Assembly (NCBI GenBank): GCA_950097015.1
Contig: CATNEN010000007.1
Span: forward strand, 6,758,001-6,822,000
Direction: 5' to 3'
Origin: Macrostomum hystrix
Lineage: Eukaryota; Animalia; Platyhelminthes
Length of the DNA stretch: 64,000 nucleotides
Below, in pieces: positions 9,975 to 22,239 of this stretch; position 1 is the stretch's first letter; each line of letters opens with the position of its first letter. The notes under the pieces were generated by a model. It saw nothing but the letters and a program-made list of their open reading frames with translations, was not told where the DNA came from and did not search any database. The position numbers and the translations under genes were made by a program.

Positions 9975-12730
9975 CAGAGCAGGAAGTGCACATGGGGAAG
10001 GCCTGAGGCGAGTTGGCACAAAATCTATGAATTTGTTAATCCAGGTTGTCAATACTGTATGAAAATCTGCTTTCACTCACCGCGCTTCTGGTACTCCAAG
10101 GAGCACACATGCGCAGCCTCCTTGCCAAAACGCTTCCTGAGCACTTCAAGCAGAGCCTTTTTCTTCAGTTCAAAGACTCGAGTCACAATGTCCGGGCGGT
10201 CCTCAGCCCGCTGACCGGGCAGCAGCTGCACGCTGATTTCCGGCCACTTCGGGTTGCACGTGGCTGTGACAAACAGGTCCGGCTTGCCGAACTTGTGCAC
10301 GTATGCCATTGCATCCTGCAGTCGCTCCATCAGGTACCTGGGTCCACCTACAAAGCTGGAAGACAGGTACACATGGGCAGGCTTACCAATCTCATTGGGG
10401 TCTCTCTCGGTGCTCCTGCCATCAGCAGCGAACAGAGCGTCTCGTAGGCCGCTGTATGTCTCGCTGCGCAAATCGTTCTGATGAGTGCGCAGGTACAGCA
10501 GCCTCTCGGACTCGATCTTGGCAGCCATGTCTACCAGGTACTGCTGGAAGAGGCGCCTGCCGTAATGCAGCACGTTGAACTGGCCACCTCTCACCATGAT
10601 TTCGCTGGCGTAGTACTTCATGGGCGTCAGCTTCCGCCCATTCGCCATCTGCAGCTCCGGGTGCCAACCGTCCTCGCCATTCGGGAACAGCAGCACGTAC
10701 TCCAGAGGGTCATAGGACCGGTGCGTCTCGGAAATGCGCTGAACTTCGCCTCCGCGCAGTCGGATCACAACGTCACGACTTTTCGGTGCGTCCTCGGAAC
10801 CACCGACAACCAGGATGCCAACCTCATTGGCAGTAGGAAGATTGTAACGCCTGGGATTGAACAGGAAATTGAATTGGTGCCGCAGGTATTTCACATAATG
10901 CAACAGATTTATCCCAGGTTTATCCCAAAGAGCAGCTCCATAACACAGCTCACTCACCGAATGTGTTCCCCAGCTGGTCTTCGGTCCGGGTGAATCACAA
11001 TTCGCGCATCTCCCAGCTCAGGGTCGCCACTGATCCGCTGAGCAGCAGCTCGCAGGCTCTGCACATAGCCGTTGCACTCGTGCAGTACAGTTTGCAGCAG
11101 CTCCAGCAGCTGCGGCTTCACCTTCTGGCTGAGGCTCAGGCGGCTTTCCAGCTCGCGGTCCATGAAGTAAACCTGCCAGCCATGCGGCACGGCTGAGGTG
11201 TCGGCAAGCAGCGGCCCCATGTTGTGATGCAGCTGGCCGCTGATGATGAAGCTGGGACTCCAGCCAGGCACCAGTCTGAGCTTCGCACCCAGAGAAGTCA
11301 GGTGCAGCACAGAGTTGTAGCTCCTGATGTTAGCCAGGAACTCTGCACTGAGCCGGTGCTGCCCCGTGTACAGATCTGCCAGGACCTCCGGCACCGAACG
11401 GGTGGGCAGCTTCACCTTGCCCTTGGCACAGCAGAAATTTCTCGTCTCCTTGGCCCACAGCAGGGCGCCGCAGTCATTACAAGCGCTGTTCATTGGGCCG
11501 CATTGGTGAGCCGGGGCTTCTGGCTTCACCGGTTCGGTATGCCTGTGAGCAGGGTTTGAGTAGGGGTTGAGCAGAGATTATAATGAGGGTGCATAAATTT
11601 CGATTCTTTGTGTCAACATGATTTGAAACTACTAAGGGAGAAAATTACTCACCTCTGCTCAGTCTGTGCTCCAGTGTCCGAACGGGAGCTTGGAGCTGGC
11701 ATTGCTCTCGGGCACTTGACTTTCTTGGCCCTCTTGGCAGGAGTTTTGCTTGCTGCCAAGCTTGGAAACTCAGCATCTGAAAGGGCTTGCAAAGGCTCTC
11801 GAAGTCTCAGTGACTCGTAATGTTCATGGCGCAAGAGCACCCGCACAATGGCATTAGGAGGATGCAGATTAGCCCTGAAATACTGCATCACATTACCATT
11901 GGCCTGGTAAATGACCAGGTCCACATTAAAACAGCGGCTCAATAACGAAGCAACTTCATCTGAAACATAAATTCCTGTTTGAAAAGAGCAATTCACAATG
12001 TCATCAGCACTCTCAGGTGCAATGAGGCCATCTGCAACCAACTGAGGCATGAGTTCTGCAACACGGCAAGACAAATCCTGCCGCAAGGAGGCTGCGTCAG
12101 TTTCCAGCGGGGTTCCACGCAGCTGATCACACACGGCATAAAAGAAGCAATTGCCATCACCAACAATGGGGATTACCTGCAACTGCTCAAAGGGTACAAT
12201 AGCTTCCGTACCTTGCTGCTGGGTGTCCGACCTAAGGGGCAATGAGTGAAAGTAAGCACAGCTCCCTTAATTGGCTTTTTAAGACAATTAATTTTAAAAA
12301 ATTATCCCATGAAAATTATCCCATTCAAGGCAATTCAGATAAAAAAACAAAAATAAAGACTTGTTTTAAAACTTTGCTATAAAACTCACCTAGAAACCAC
12401 GGCTCCACGGCGACGAATCCGATCGGCTTCCAGTCGGGCAGCCCGCTCTGCCTCAGTCTCAGCCTCTCTGCGCTGAGCGTCCCGCTGCCGCTGTTCTTCC
12501 AGTCGGGCAGCCCACTCTGCCTCAGTCTCAGCTTCTCTGCGCTGAGCATTCCGCTGCCGCTGTTCTTCCAGTCGGGCAGCCCACTCTGCCTCAGTCTCAG
12601 CCTCTCTGCGCTGAGCGTCCCGCTGCCGCTGTTCTTCCAGTCGGGCATCCCGCTCTGCCTCGGATTCTACCTGTCGCCGTCGCTTGGCATCGCGGCTCTT
12701 CTTTAAACTGCTGGCGCCGCGTCGAACCAT
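9975..12730 (-). CDS. Helitron RepHel N-terminal half: STPR-like 23-aa repeats, OTU cysteine protease, Zn finger and HUH Rep. Exons 12730-12390, 12231-11653, 11542-10958, 10850-10081, 10002-9975. Truncated
   Basis: All junctions are GT-AG and phase-compatible. Motifs: EAETEAEWAARLEEQRQR repeats; GDGNCFFYAV...HEHYES (OTU); CNDCGALLW..E..CCAKGKV; RRYNLPTANEV; SYDPLEYVLLFPNGEDGW; LFQQYLVD; SSFVGGPRY; GKPDLFVTATCNPKWPEI; EYQKRG-LPHVHFLLW. Confidence 0.9.
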
Positions 12731-13199
12731 GATTGAGAAATGAGAAGTGAAATGAAAAAGTTGAAAAGAATGATAAGGTTTGAAAGATGAAAGTTTGTGA
12801 ATTCGGATGTCTGAAGAATCAGATAAGGCGCCCTAATAGCCAAACTAATTTGCAGGCTTTTTATCATCCAGTGGGCTGAACTGGAGCTTATCTTAAGACG
12901 CAGGGTAAAAACTGAAAAATCGATAAAGAAGAAAGAGGTCTCAATATTAAAAACCTATGATTTGGGGTGTCGGCTCTCTAGGCCCGTGTGTGCACATTCC
13001 AAGGCAGAGGGCTAGCAATGTACACTGGTCTGCGCCAGCCTGAAAATGAAGCGGGTTAGGGTACTAATGTACATGCGAATACTATACCCAGCAGAGAACC
13101 AATGGCGCTGTTGTATAAAACTGTTGGACACATTTAGAAAACAGACACAGTTATTATTAAGACACATTTAAAAAACTGCAAAACACAAAAAACAGGTAA

Positions 13200-13800
13200 A
13201 CACATTTAAAAAACGGCTAAACACATTTCGACAACTGTTAACACATTTAGAAAACTGTTGAACACATAAAACTGGTAAACACATTTAGAAAACTGTTAAA
13301 CACATTTAGAAAACTGTTAAACACATTTAGAAAACTGTTAAACACATTTAGAAAACTGTTAAACACATTTAGAAAACTGTTAAACATATTTAGAAAACTG
13401 TTAAACACATTTAGAATACTGTTAAACACATTTAGAATACAGGTAAACACATTTAGAAAACTGTTAAACACATTTAGAAAACTGTTAAACACATTTAGAA
13501 AACTGTTAAACACATTTAGAATACAGGTAAACACATTTAGAAAGCTGTTAAACACATTTAGAAAACTGTTAAACATATTTAGGAAACTGTTAAACACATT
13601 TAGAATACTGTTAAACACATTTAGAATACAGGTAAACACATTTAGAATACTGCTAAACACATTTAGAAAGCTGTTAAAAACATTAAGAATACTGGTAAAC
13701 GCATTTAGAAAACTGGTAAACACATTTAGAAAACTGTTGGACACACGTAGAAAACTGTAGGACATTTAAAAGACTGTTGAACATTTTAAAAATACTGTTA
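13200..13800. repeat. 21-bp minisatellite (AAACACATTTAGAAAACTGTT)n in the Helitron 5' region
   Basis: Reverse-complement relative of the 560-1090 array. Confidence 0.9.
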
Positions 13801-14337
13801 GACACTTTTCTCGATTGAAATTTTGTCAAGATTTGATGATTTATTGTAGTAAGAAAGTAATAGATATTGAGCAATATTAATATTCATATTATATTGAAGT
13901 CTGCTATGCACATTTTACCTATTAAAATCAAACACACACACACACGGGTGAGAAAAGCTGTGATGTAATCTATTTATAAATTCGCAGACTGTCTCGCCAG
14001 TGGGGTTGACACAGCTATGTACATTTTACACAGTGAAATTCTTATCAGTCAGTGTACTCACTTTTAACAAAACTGGCCCTGATGCAATCATTAAAATTGG
14101 CAGTGGTATGCACGTTAACAAAACTGGCTCTGATGTAATGCATTAAAAATCCTATCTAAAACAGTTTTTCCAATATTTAATCCCCTTGGCAATGGAATTA
14201 CGCTTAATAAAAATACGTGTATAATTGTCCCCATATTTTGCATCTTTTGGTGAAGAAATGGTGAAAATCGGTTGAGCCGTTCGGGAGAAAATCAATTACA
14301 AGCAAGCAACCAAGCATTTCATTTTTAGTATATAAGA

Positions 14338-14397
14338 CTAGCAAACTAAGCCCCCTTGGGGGGGCACAACTGTTCAGACAAAAAATATTGTATAATG
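14338..14397 (-). mobile_element. 3' terminus of another Helitron unit
   Basis: Hairpin GCCCCC..GGGGGC at 14350-14365, CTAG at 14338-14341, and a subterminal segment matching ~1995-2025. Confidence 0.8.
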
Positions 14398-16577
14398 TTT
14401 CCCCGTTTTCCCGACTCGAGTTTTTCCTCTTCCCCGACGTAGCGTCCCCGAGCCAGCGGCTAAGGCTGAGAGAGACGCATCTCTGCGTTTCCGTGTTTTC
14501 CGCGTACTGCGTGACTCCGGCGGCCCCGCTGGCAAACCCTTGTGCGGCGTCCTGCAATAAACCTGAGACAGAGACCGAGACAGAGACAGAACCTGCGATA
14601 ATCCCCGTGATTCCATGGCGCAGCTTTGATTGGTTCAGCCCGTAAGTGCAATTCGTCAATGGTTTTATCTTAATTAGTCATCGCAAAAATGTTTCTTTTT
14701 GCGTATAAGTGCATACAGCATTACGTCCAGCACTATTCTTTGCTAAAAATATTAACAAGTTACTAAGGCAGTGAATTAGGATTGTTGCTTCTTTAAACTA
14801 ATGCAGGCTAGTGGGGTGTGTTGATGGCAGAAAAGCAGGGGTGTTGGTACCTTACTGTAAAGGTGGCATCACAAAAAGCAAATAGCGATTGGGAAAACAT
14901 TTATCAACTTTTAATCGACTTTAACACGACATGACCTAGCTTGACCTACCCAGACTGACTAGATTAAGAGTAGGGGACCTTGGGTGGTGTGGGCTTTGCC
15001 CCCTCCCAGAGGCTGCTTAGAAACTATCACACAGTCTCCTGCAACCGCATGAGAGGCATGAGCAATGTGTTACCGTAGTTGGACGGTTACAACATACCTT
15101 CAATATGGGCAGAGTTTGATCTCTGGTTTGGTGAATTCGGCTTCAATTATATTCTCAGTGCTTCGATGAACTACAGAAGGCTTAAAACTTTGTGCTTCCT
15201 GCGCATAGCGAAACTTGTCAAACTCGCATACGTGGCCGTTGATGCACCGTGCCATTCGTGAGGTGCTCTCAATGATCGACTGCAACAAGGGTTCAATTAC
15301 TTCGTCTTCATCTCCGTCGTTGTGATTGACGCAAACTGCCTGACCAGAGGTAACAGCTTTCTTCTAAAAGGTCAGCCAATAGTCGGACCCCATGATAGCA
15401 TCAAGCAGAGCAGTCTGTGCTTCCTGTTGTGTTGTTGCTCTAGCTAGGCGAAGAAGGCAGCTACCAATACGATATATACTAACATGTAACTAACTATATT
15501 TTCATATTAAGGAAACAAACTTCGATTTATTTTAATTCACTTCGATTCACCTCAATTTCCTTCTTATTTCTTACTGTTTCTCCAAAACTCAATTATATGG
15601 GACGAAGATGGTCGTCGTATTGCTGGCTCAAAGACAGTTTTCTTTAGTTTTTGCTGGCTAAAATGCATTACATTGAGCGGAGGTGAGGGAGTGCATTTAA
15701 ACGAAATGAAAGGATCGCGAAAAAAACTTTGATATTTTGGCAGTGATTCAATTTTAGAAATACGGTTAATTATAAAATTTATAAAGGATCTGCCTGAATT
15801 CTAAGATATTTATAAAGGCTTTATATAAGCCTTTTTTAGGGTGCGTTCGAGTAGCTTAAAATGACTTAAACTAAACTAAACAGTTGCTTTAGTGTAACTT
15901 TTTAAAACCGAGATAATTTTTATTAACATTTAATTGGGTATCCACTTTTTATTACGTTCTCTAGCATGAGAGCCCACTGACTGTTGTCTTTGCATTCATT
16001 TGGAAGCCCAGGTAATTCTATTCCTGGATGTATTCCAGGAAACACAATCAGTCAAAAGTCAAAACAATCACGCTCTCTGCTTAGGCCGTTAGGGAGTTAG
16101 TTGTAGCTTTGTTTTCTGGATATATTAACATAGTCTATTTTATGCTAATTTCTATTTTCTGGATAGCTATGACAGAATTATCAGACTGAGACTTTGTTTG
16201 GGCTTTTCTGCATTTCTATAACTCTACTGAATATTACTAAGTACGAGTAATTGCAGTAAAGAATACTATTTATCTCTTCATTCTGTATAAAAGTGCAACT
16301 ATAGAAAGTTATTGAGAATAGAAGTGAATGAATGGATCCATGTACAGATAAAATAATTATGGAAAAAGAGGGCAGCCTATTGGACTCTATGATGGGGTGG
16401 GCTTAGGTTCCCAATTTTTACTTTGAATTTTGCTTCTGAACACACGATTGCAAGTACCCGTGTAATATTTGGACCAACAATTATCTTTATCTCTATTCTT
16501 AGTTTAAAAAACGTTAGCGACATTTTACCGCACTGTTTATATCATGTTAAAAAACGCACTGTTTAACAAACCTTATT

Positions 16578-17253
16578 ATGCGGTAGACTATGCGGAATTT
16601 ACCGTACTGTTTAAATGACCTCATTTCAGGCTTGGACTATGCGGTAGACTATGCGGAACTTACCGCACTGTTTAAATGACCTCATTTCAGGCTTGGACTA
16701 TGCGGTAGACTATGCGGAATTTATATCACTGTTTAAATGACCTCATTTCAGGCTTGGACTATGCGGTAGACTATGCGGAATTTACCGCACTGTTTAAATG
16801 ACCTCATTTCAGGCTTGGACTATGCGGTAGACTATGCGGAACTTACCGCACTGTTTAAATGACCTTATTTCAGGCTTGGACTATGCGGTAGACTATGCGG
16901 AATTTACCGCACTGTTTAAATGACCTCATTTCAGGCTTGGACTATGCGGTAGACTATGCGGAATTTACCGCACTGTTTAAATGACCTCATTTCAGGCTTG
17001 GACTATGCGGTAGACTATGCGGAACTTACCGCACTGTTTAAATGACCTCATTTCAGGCTTGGACTATGCGGTAGACTATGCGGAATTTATATCACTGTTT
17101 AAATGACCTCATTTCAGGCTTGGAAAATGCGGTAGACTATGCGGAATTTATATCACTGTTTAAATGACCTCATTTCAGGCTTGGACTATGCGGTAGACTA
17201 TGCGGAATTTACCGCACTGTTTAAATGACCTCATTTCAGGCTTGGACTATGCG
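16578..17253. repeat. 61-bp subterminal tandem repeat of the MULE (~11 copies)
   Basis: Unit TTACCGCACTGTTTAAATGACCTCATTTCAGGCTTGGACTATGCGGTAGACTATGCGGAAT. It contains the TIR motif TTACCGC and inverted GCGGTA. Confidence 0.95.
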
Positions 17254-17861
17254 TAGGAGTGTCCGGTTTAACAGTGATAGATATATTTTAGCTTCGAATA
17301 TAAAGTCTGTGTAATTAGTCTTGTTGCATTGTGCACGTCGTTAACGAAAAAAACGTCCACAGCGAAAAATCGTCCAGAGCCAAAACAGTAAGTAAATAGT
17401 AACTGGATGCTGACGCAAGCCATATTACGGTACAAAAATCTATGCAATTAGTCAAGCCAGACTGAATTGCAAATGACGGAGCGACATTGAATTTGACGTA
17501 GTCAGTCAAGACGTACGGAGCAGCTCATCAAATCCTCCTGGCCTTGGTCCCTGTTGAGAAAGGGGATGTTCTAATATCAGCAACCGTCAATATCGGTGCC
17601 ACGGCCGTGTCAAGACCAAAGAATTTTTTACTCGCATTGCAGAATCTAAAAGCATAATCGAACTACTCACGTGTCTGCCCCGATACAGAAGTCGCACCGC
17701 CAAGTCGGCTGCTCCATTGACTCGAGAGATGAGATTTGCGCATGGCCGAACGCGCAAACCGTGTGGCACCACATGCGACACGAGTCACAAAAAATCTGTC
17801 GTGTGTAATGTATGTGGGCAATAGCTAGAAAGTGAAAATATTCACAATTGATGCAATCATT

Positions 17862-18116
17862 TATTAAGAAAGTCTTATTTAAGAATAGCAGACTCAGCGT
17901 TTATTTAGGACGGATTTAGAGAAGGATAAAGGGGTGAGACAATTAGGTAGCTCTGGCGTAGCTCAACAGAAGTTACAGGTACAGTTTGGAAATTTAGCAA
18001 TCTACCATAGATATAAAGCTTACTTAGATTCTAGAAAATTCTAGAAGGAAAACTTTAGGATTTACTTACTATTAATAGATGCAGCTATTTTTAAGATAAA
18101 CGATTACATATTAACA
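17862..18116 (-). repeat. Copia 3' LTR (TG...TA ends)
   Basis: Direct repeat of 22252-22506. Confidence 0.95.
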
Positions 18117-18223
18117 CTCCCACTTAATGTTTAGATTAAAAATTCTAATGCCAAACATACTTTTAATAAAGAGTTAGATGTCAGATCTGGAAGCAGTTAT
18201 CAGTTCAGTCTGAAATACTCGTA

Positions 18224-21200
18224 TTAACGAACGGGAATTAGTTCTTCAAGTAATTGAAACTTGGCATTCGACAGTGCTTTTGTAAGAATGTCAGCAACCA
18301 TTTCTTCAGACGGACAGTAAACTAGTCGTAAAGTTCCACTGACTAACTTCTCACGCACGAAATGGTGACGGATATCAATGTGCTTGGAACGACTGTGGTA
18401 GACAGGATTTTTCGCTAGAGCAATACAGCCTTGATTGTCTTCTAGGATAGTGGCACATCTGACAGTTTCTATGCGAAGATCCCGTAGTAATTGTTGTAAC
18501 CAAGTGGCTTCCTGAGTAGCAGCTGAGAGAGCCATGTACTCCGCCTCCGTTGTCGATAAGGCTACAGTTTGTTGCTTTTTGCTGCTCCAGCTAATCGGAC
18601 ATTCAGCCAACTTGAAGATGTATCCTGTAGTAGAACGACGGTCATTTTGATCTCCAGCCCAGTCTGCATCGGAATAGCCAATTAGGTCAATTTCGCGCGA
18701 GTCCTTCTGAAAAACTAATCCAGATGAAATCGTTCCTTTTAGGTACCTTAGGACACGCTTCACTCCACTCCAATGCTGTTCAGTTGGGTCTGAGCAGTAA
18801 CGCGCGAGAACTCCCACTGCAGCTGAAATATCTGGTCGTGTAGCTAATGCTGCATAGTTTAGACTTCCTACTGCGGCCTGATACATAGTTTTGTCCACCT
18901 TAGCATCGCAGTCTTGTGCAGTGTAGAACTTGACACTTGTATCCATTGGTGTTGATACCGGTTTACAGTTAATCATGTTGAATTTTGATAGGACACTATT
19001 TAAATAGCGTTCTTGGTTCAGAAACAAAGAGCCATTATTCCACGTAGCTTGAACTCCAAGAAAGTAGTGAAATTCGCCTAAGTCTTTCATTTTAAATTTC
19101 GATTGCAGTTCTTGCTTCAACACAAACATGTAATCATCAGAAGCGGTTAGCAAAATGTCGTCCACGTACACACCGATCGCAGATTGAGAGTTAGCATAAA
19201 TGCATGGTTCTGACTTTGCCTGCGTGAGGTTAAGACTTAAGAGTTCATCATGGAGCGTTTGATTCCAACATCGAGGTGCCTGTTTTAGTCCGTATAGACT
19301 TCTTTCAAGTTTGCATACTAGCGTTTCCTTGCCTTCAACCACAAATCCTTCCGGTTGTTCCATATAGATTTCCTCGTCTAGTTTGCCGTTTAGAAATGCT
19401 GTTACGACATCCATCTGGTGAATTTTCCAATCTCGTTGAATTCCAAGAGCTAGTAGAGTTCTGATTGATGTAAATCGAGCTACTGGTGCGTAAGTCTCCT
19501 CATAATCTACACCATGTTCTTGAGAGTATCCTTTAACAACCAATCTTGCTTTAAATCTATCTACTAAGTTGTCTGACTTGTACTTGACACGAAATACCCA
19601 TTTACAGCCAATAGTTTGACGTCCTTTAGGTAGTTCAACCAGTTTCCAGGTCTTGTTCTCCATCAGTGACTCATACTCGGCGTTTGCAGCCTCTTGCCAG
19701 TCTCTAGAAAAAGAGCTGTCCAATGCTTCCTTCAGAGTTTTTGGTTCTTCAATTTGTGTTGCCACAGATGCTACGTAACGGTCAACGGGCTTCTTATCTC
19801 GAGTTGATCTCCGAACTTCTTGTTTGTCGACATTTCCAGAAACACATTTGAAATCAGACGCTGCAGCTTCCGTATCTGCATTCAGTTGAAGTCTCTCCTG
19901 CTTCTCCGATACTTGTTTAACGAAGCACGACTCTTTGAACGTTACATCTCGACTAACGAACACGGTTTGTGTTTGGAAATCAAAACAGCGGTATCCTTTG
20001 GAAGTTTCCGAGTATCCAATAAATCTGACTTCCCGAGCTTTGGAGTCAAATTTGTGACGCCTTTCAGCCGGGACATGGGCGTAGGCAACGCATCCAAATA
20101 CTCGCAAATGCTGAACATTCGGCCTTTTACCAGTCCAAATCTGATATGGTATAGCTTTGTTGATTGCACTCGTTGATGACCGATTACGCAAATATGTTGC
20201 TGTAGAGATAGCTTCTGCCCAGAATTCTTTGCCAATATGAGCATGTGCAATCATTGTTCTTGCTGCCTCCACCAAGGTTCTGTTCATTCTCTCAGCTACT
20301 CCATTCTGCTCAGGAGAATGTGGGACTGTAGTTTGGTGAATGATTCCGTTTTTGACACAGAACTTTTCAAATTCTCTTGATGTATACTCTCCACCATTGT
20401 CTGTCCGTAGAATCTTGATAGACTTGCCTGTTTGATTCGTAACAAAAGCCTGAAAATTCTTGAATTTTTCAAAAACTTCTGACTTGTTTTTCATAAAGTA
20501 AACTGAGCAGTAGCGCGAGTAATCATCAATAAATGTGACAAAGTACTTCGATCCTCCAATGGATGTAGTTTGCATTGGACCACACACGTCACTGTGAATT
20601 AGACCCAATAGTTCGCTTGACCTTGACGCTACACCCTTGGTAAATGGCGTTCTATGTAGTTTTCCTTCTATACATGCCGTGCAGAAACTGATGCTTCCAA
20701 CTTTTGCGTCAATGCCGTCAACTTGCTTTTTATGAATTAGAGATTTTAGATCTTGCTCTCCTAGGTGACCATATCGCTGATGCCATAAATCTAAACTGTT
20801 GGTTTTCGCGATTGTTGCTGATTCAGTAGTAACAGAAATACCTTTGAGTTTGTACAATCTCCCAACTTTCAAAGCTTCTCCAGCAACTGTGCCTTTATTA
20901 TCTACAATCTGACACTTGTCATCGCTAAACTTGACACTGAACCCTTTTCTGGTGACAGCGGATACTGAAAACAGGTTTTGCTCCATGAGTGGGACGCACA
21001 GAACATCAGTCAACTTACACAATTTCATTTCAGAGCCGACGCTGATGTGCATCCTGATAATACCTTTTCCTGTAGCATTTAGTTTGTGACCATCTGCTAA
21101 CGAAATTTTCTCTTCCACTAGCAATTTCTGGAAATCCACAAAATTCGTACGATCATTGGTCATGTGATTAGTTGCGCCTGAGTCCACAATCCAAGTAGTA

Positions 21201-22099
21201 CTGATTGACTCCTTTGATGCGCCCAAAGACACTGCCGAAAATGCAGAATCTTCACCCGAAACATTGCTATCTTCTTTCCCTACGCTTTCTGGAAAGTCTG
21301 CAATCTTAGCCTGATGTTTCCGCCGATTTCTATTAAACTCTTGTGGTCTTGAACTTGTGCTAGTCGCACCTGTTACTGAGAGGCTGTTCTTATATTTGTA
21401 GCATTGCTTCTTTACGTGACCAGGCTTATTACAGAAAAAGCATACTTTCGGTCTGACACTCTGGTGCTGTTGCTTATTAAATCCAACCAGAGCCTTCGAG
21501 TTGCTGCTAGATCCACAGCTTTCCTGCTCAAGTCGTTTTGACTCCTCGTGCAAAAGCCGTTCGTGTACGAATTCCATCGTCAGGTCGTCCGCCCGCGATT
21601 CCAGAGCTGTAATCAACCCGTCATAAGACTTCGGCAAACTATTTAGCAAAATTGTGACTTGATAGTCTTCGGGAACACCTGCCCCGATAGCCGACAATCG
21701 TTTGACGATATCCTTGAGCTGATTAATATGCTCCTGCATGGATGCACCTTCCTCCATCTTGAGCGCCTGTAGTTTCCGATTTAGGAATAATTTATTTGCC
21801 AATGTACTTCGCTCGAAATGTGTTTTAAGCTTATTCCAGGCTTCCTTTGGAGTTTCTGCATCCTCAATGAGATGAATTTGACTATCTGCAACAGCCAATA
21901 CGATAGTTGCTAGGGCTTTATTCGCACGCCGATTGAAATGAACTTTGACCTCGTTGGTCGCGTCCTCAGCAAGTGTCTCGGTACCATTAACAACTTCCCA
22001 AAGTTCTCGCTCCATCAGAACGTTCTTCATCTTGAACTTCCAGATATTGTAGTTGGAACTATCCAACTTCTCAACCAGTGGCTTGGCATCGAAGGACAT
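18224..22099 (-). CDS. Copia gag-pol polyprotein (Gag, CCHC, PR, IN, RT, RNase H), 1291 aa
   Basis: Uninterrupted ORF with CFFCNKPGHVKKQC, WIVDSGATNHM, LWHQRYGH, IHSDVCGP, RTDNGGEY, QNGVAERMNRT, MDVVTAFLNG, SLYGLKQA, YVDDI, YSDADWAG and KHIDIRHH. Confidence 0.97.
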   Translation of the reverse strand: MSFDAKPLVEKLDSSNYNIWKFKMKNVLMERELWEVVNGTETLAEDATNEVKVHFNRRANKALATIVLAVADSQIHLIEDAETPKEAWNKLKTHFERSTLANKLFLNRKLQALKMEEGASMQEHINQLKDIVKRLSAIGAGVPEDYQVTILLNSLPKSYDGLITALESRADDLTMEFVHERLLHEESKRLEQESCGSSSNSKALVGFNKQQHQSVRPKVCFFCNKPGHVKKQCYKYKNSLSVTGATSTSSRPQEFNRNRRKHQAKIADFPESVGKEDSNVSGEDSAFSAVSLGASKESISTTWIVDSGATNHMTNDRTNFVDFQKLLVEEKISLADGHKLNATGKGIIRMHISVGSEMKLCKLTDVLCVPLMEQNLFSVSAVTRKGFSVKFSDDKCQIVDNKGTVAGEALKVGRLYKLKGISVTTESATIAKTNSLDLWHQRYGHLGEQDLKSLIHKKQVDGIDAKVGSISFCTACIEGKLHRTPFTKGVASRSSELLGLIHSDVCGPMQTTSIGGSKYFVTFIDDYSRYCSVYFMKNKSEVFEKFKNFQAFVTNQTGKSIKILRTDNGGEYTSREFEKFCVKNGIIHQTTVPHSPEQNGVAERMNRTLVEAARTMIAHAHIGKEFWAEAISTATYLRNRSSTSAINKAIPYQIWTGKRPNVQHLRVFGCVAYAHVPAERRHKFDSKAREVRFIGYSETSKGYRCFDFQTQTVFVSRDVTFKESCFVKQVSEKQERLQLNADTEAAASDFKCVSGNVDKQEVRRSTRDKKPVDRYVASVATQIEEPKTLKEALDSSFSRDWQEAANAEYESLMENKTWKLVELPKGRQTIGCKWVFRVKYKSDNLVDRFKARLVVKGYSQEHGVDYEETYAPVARFTSIRTLLALGIQRDWKIHQMDVVTAFLNGKLDEEIYMEQPEGFVVEGKETLVCKLERSLYGLKQAPRCWNQTLHDELLSLNLTQAKSEPCIYANSQSAIGVYVDDILLTASDDYMFVLKQELQSKFKMKDLGEFHYFLGVQATWNNGSLFLNQERYLNSVLSKFNMINCKPVSTPMDTSVKFYTAQDCDAKVDKTMYQAAVGSLNYAALATRPDISAAVGVLARYCSDPTEQHWSGVKRVLRYLKGTISSGLVFQKDSREIDLIGYSDADWAGDQNDRRSTTGYIFKLAECPISWSSKKQQTVALSTTEAEYMALSAATQEATWLQQLLRDLRIETVRCATILEDNQGCIALAKNPVYHSRSKHIDIRHHFVREKLVSGTLRLVYCPSEEMVADILTKALSNAKFQLLEELIPVR

Positions 22100-22239
22100 A
22101 GTGTCGATCCACCAACACAGCTGGTTGTTGAGCTGAACTTTCTAAGAGACGGTAGATGAGAACAATCACGCCGACTGACGCACTGCCACTAGAGCAGCTT
22201 TAGTGCTCAAACTGCAGCAGATCGCAGTGGAAGGGCGCA

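Larger units (their letters stand above)
9975..14337 (-). mobile_element. Autonomous-type Helitron, 3'-truncated (helicase absent)
   Basis: 5' TC at 14337 fused to the CTAG of an upstream unit. Carries the 21-bp satellite and a spliced Rep gene. Confidence 0.85.

Noticed and set aside
15000-15450. Possible degenerate transposase remnant on the minus strand
   Set aside because: Only weak motif resemblance, with many stops, so no call can be supported.
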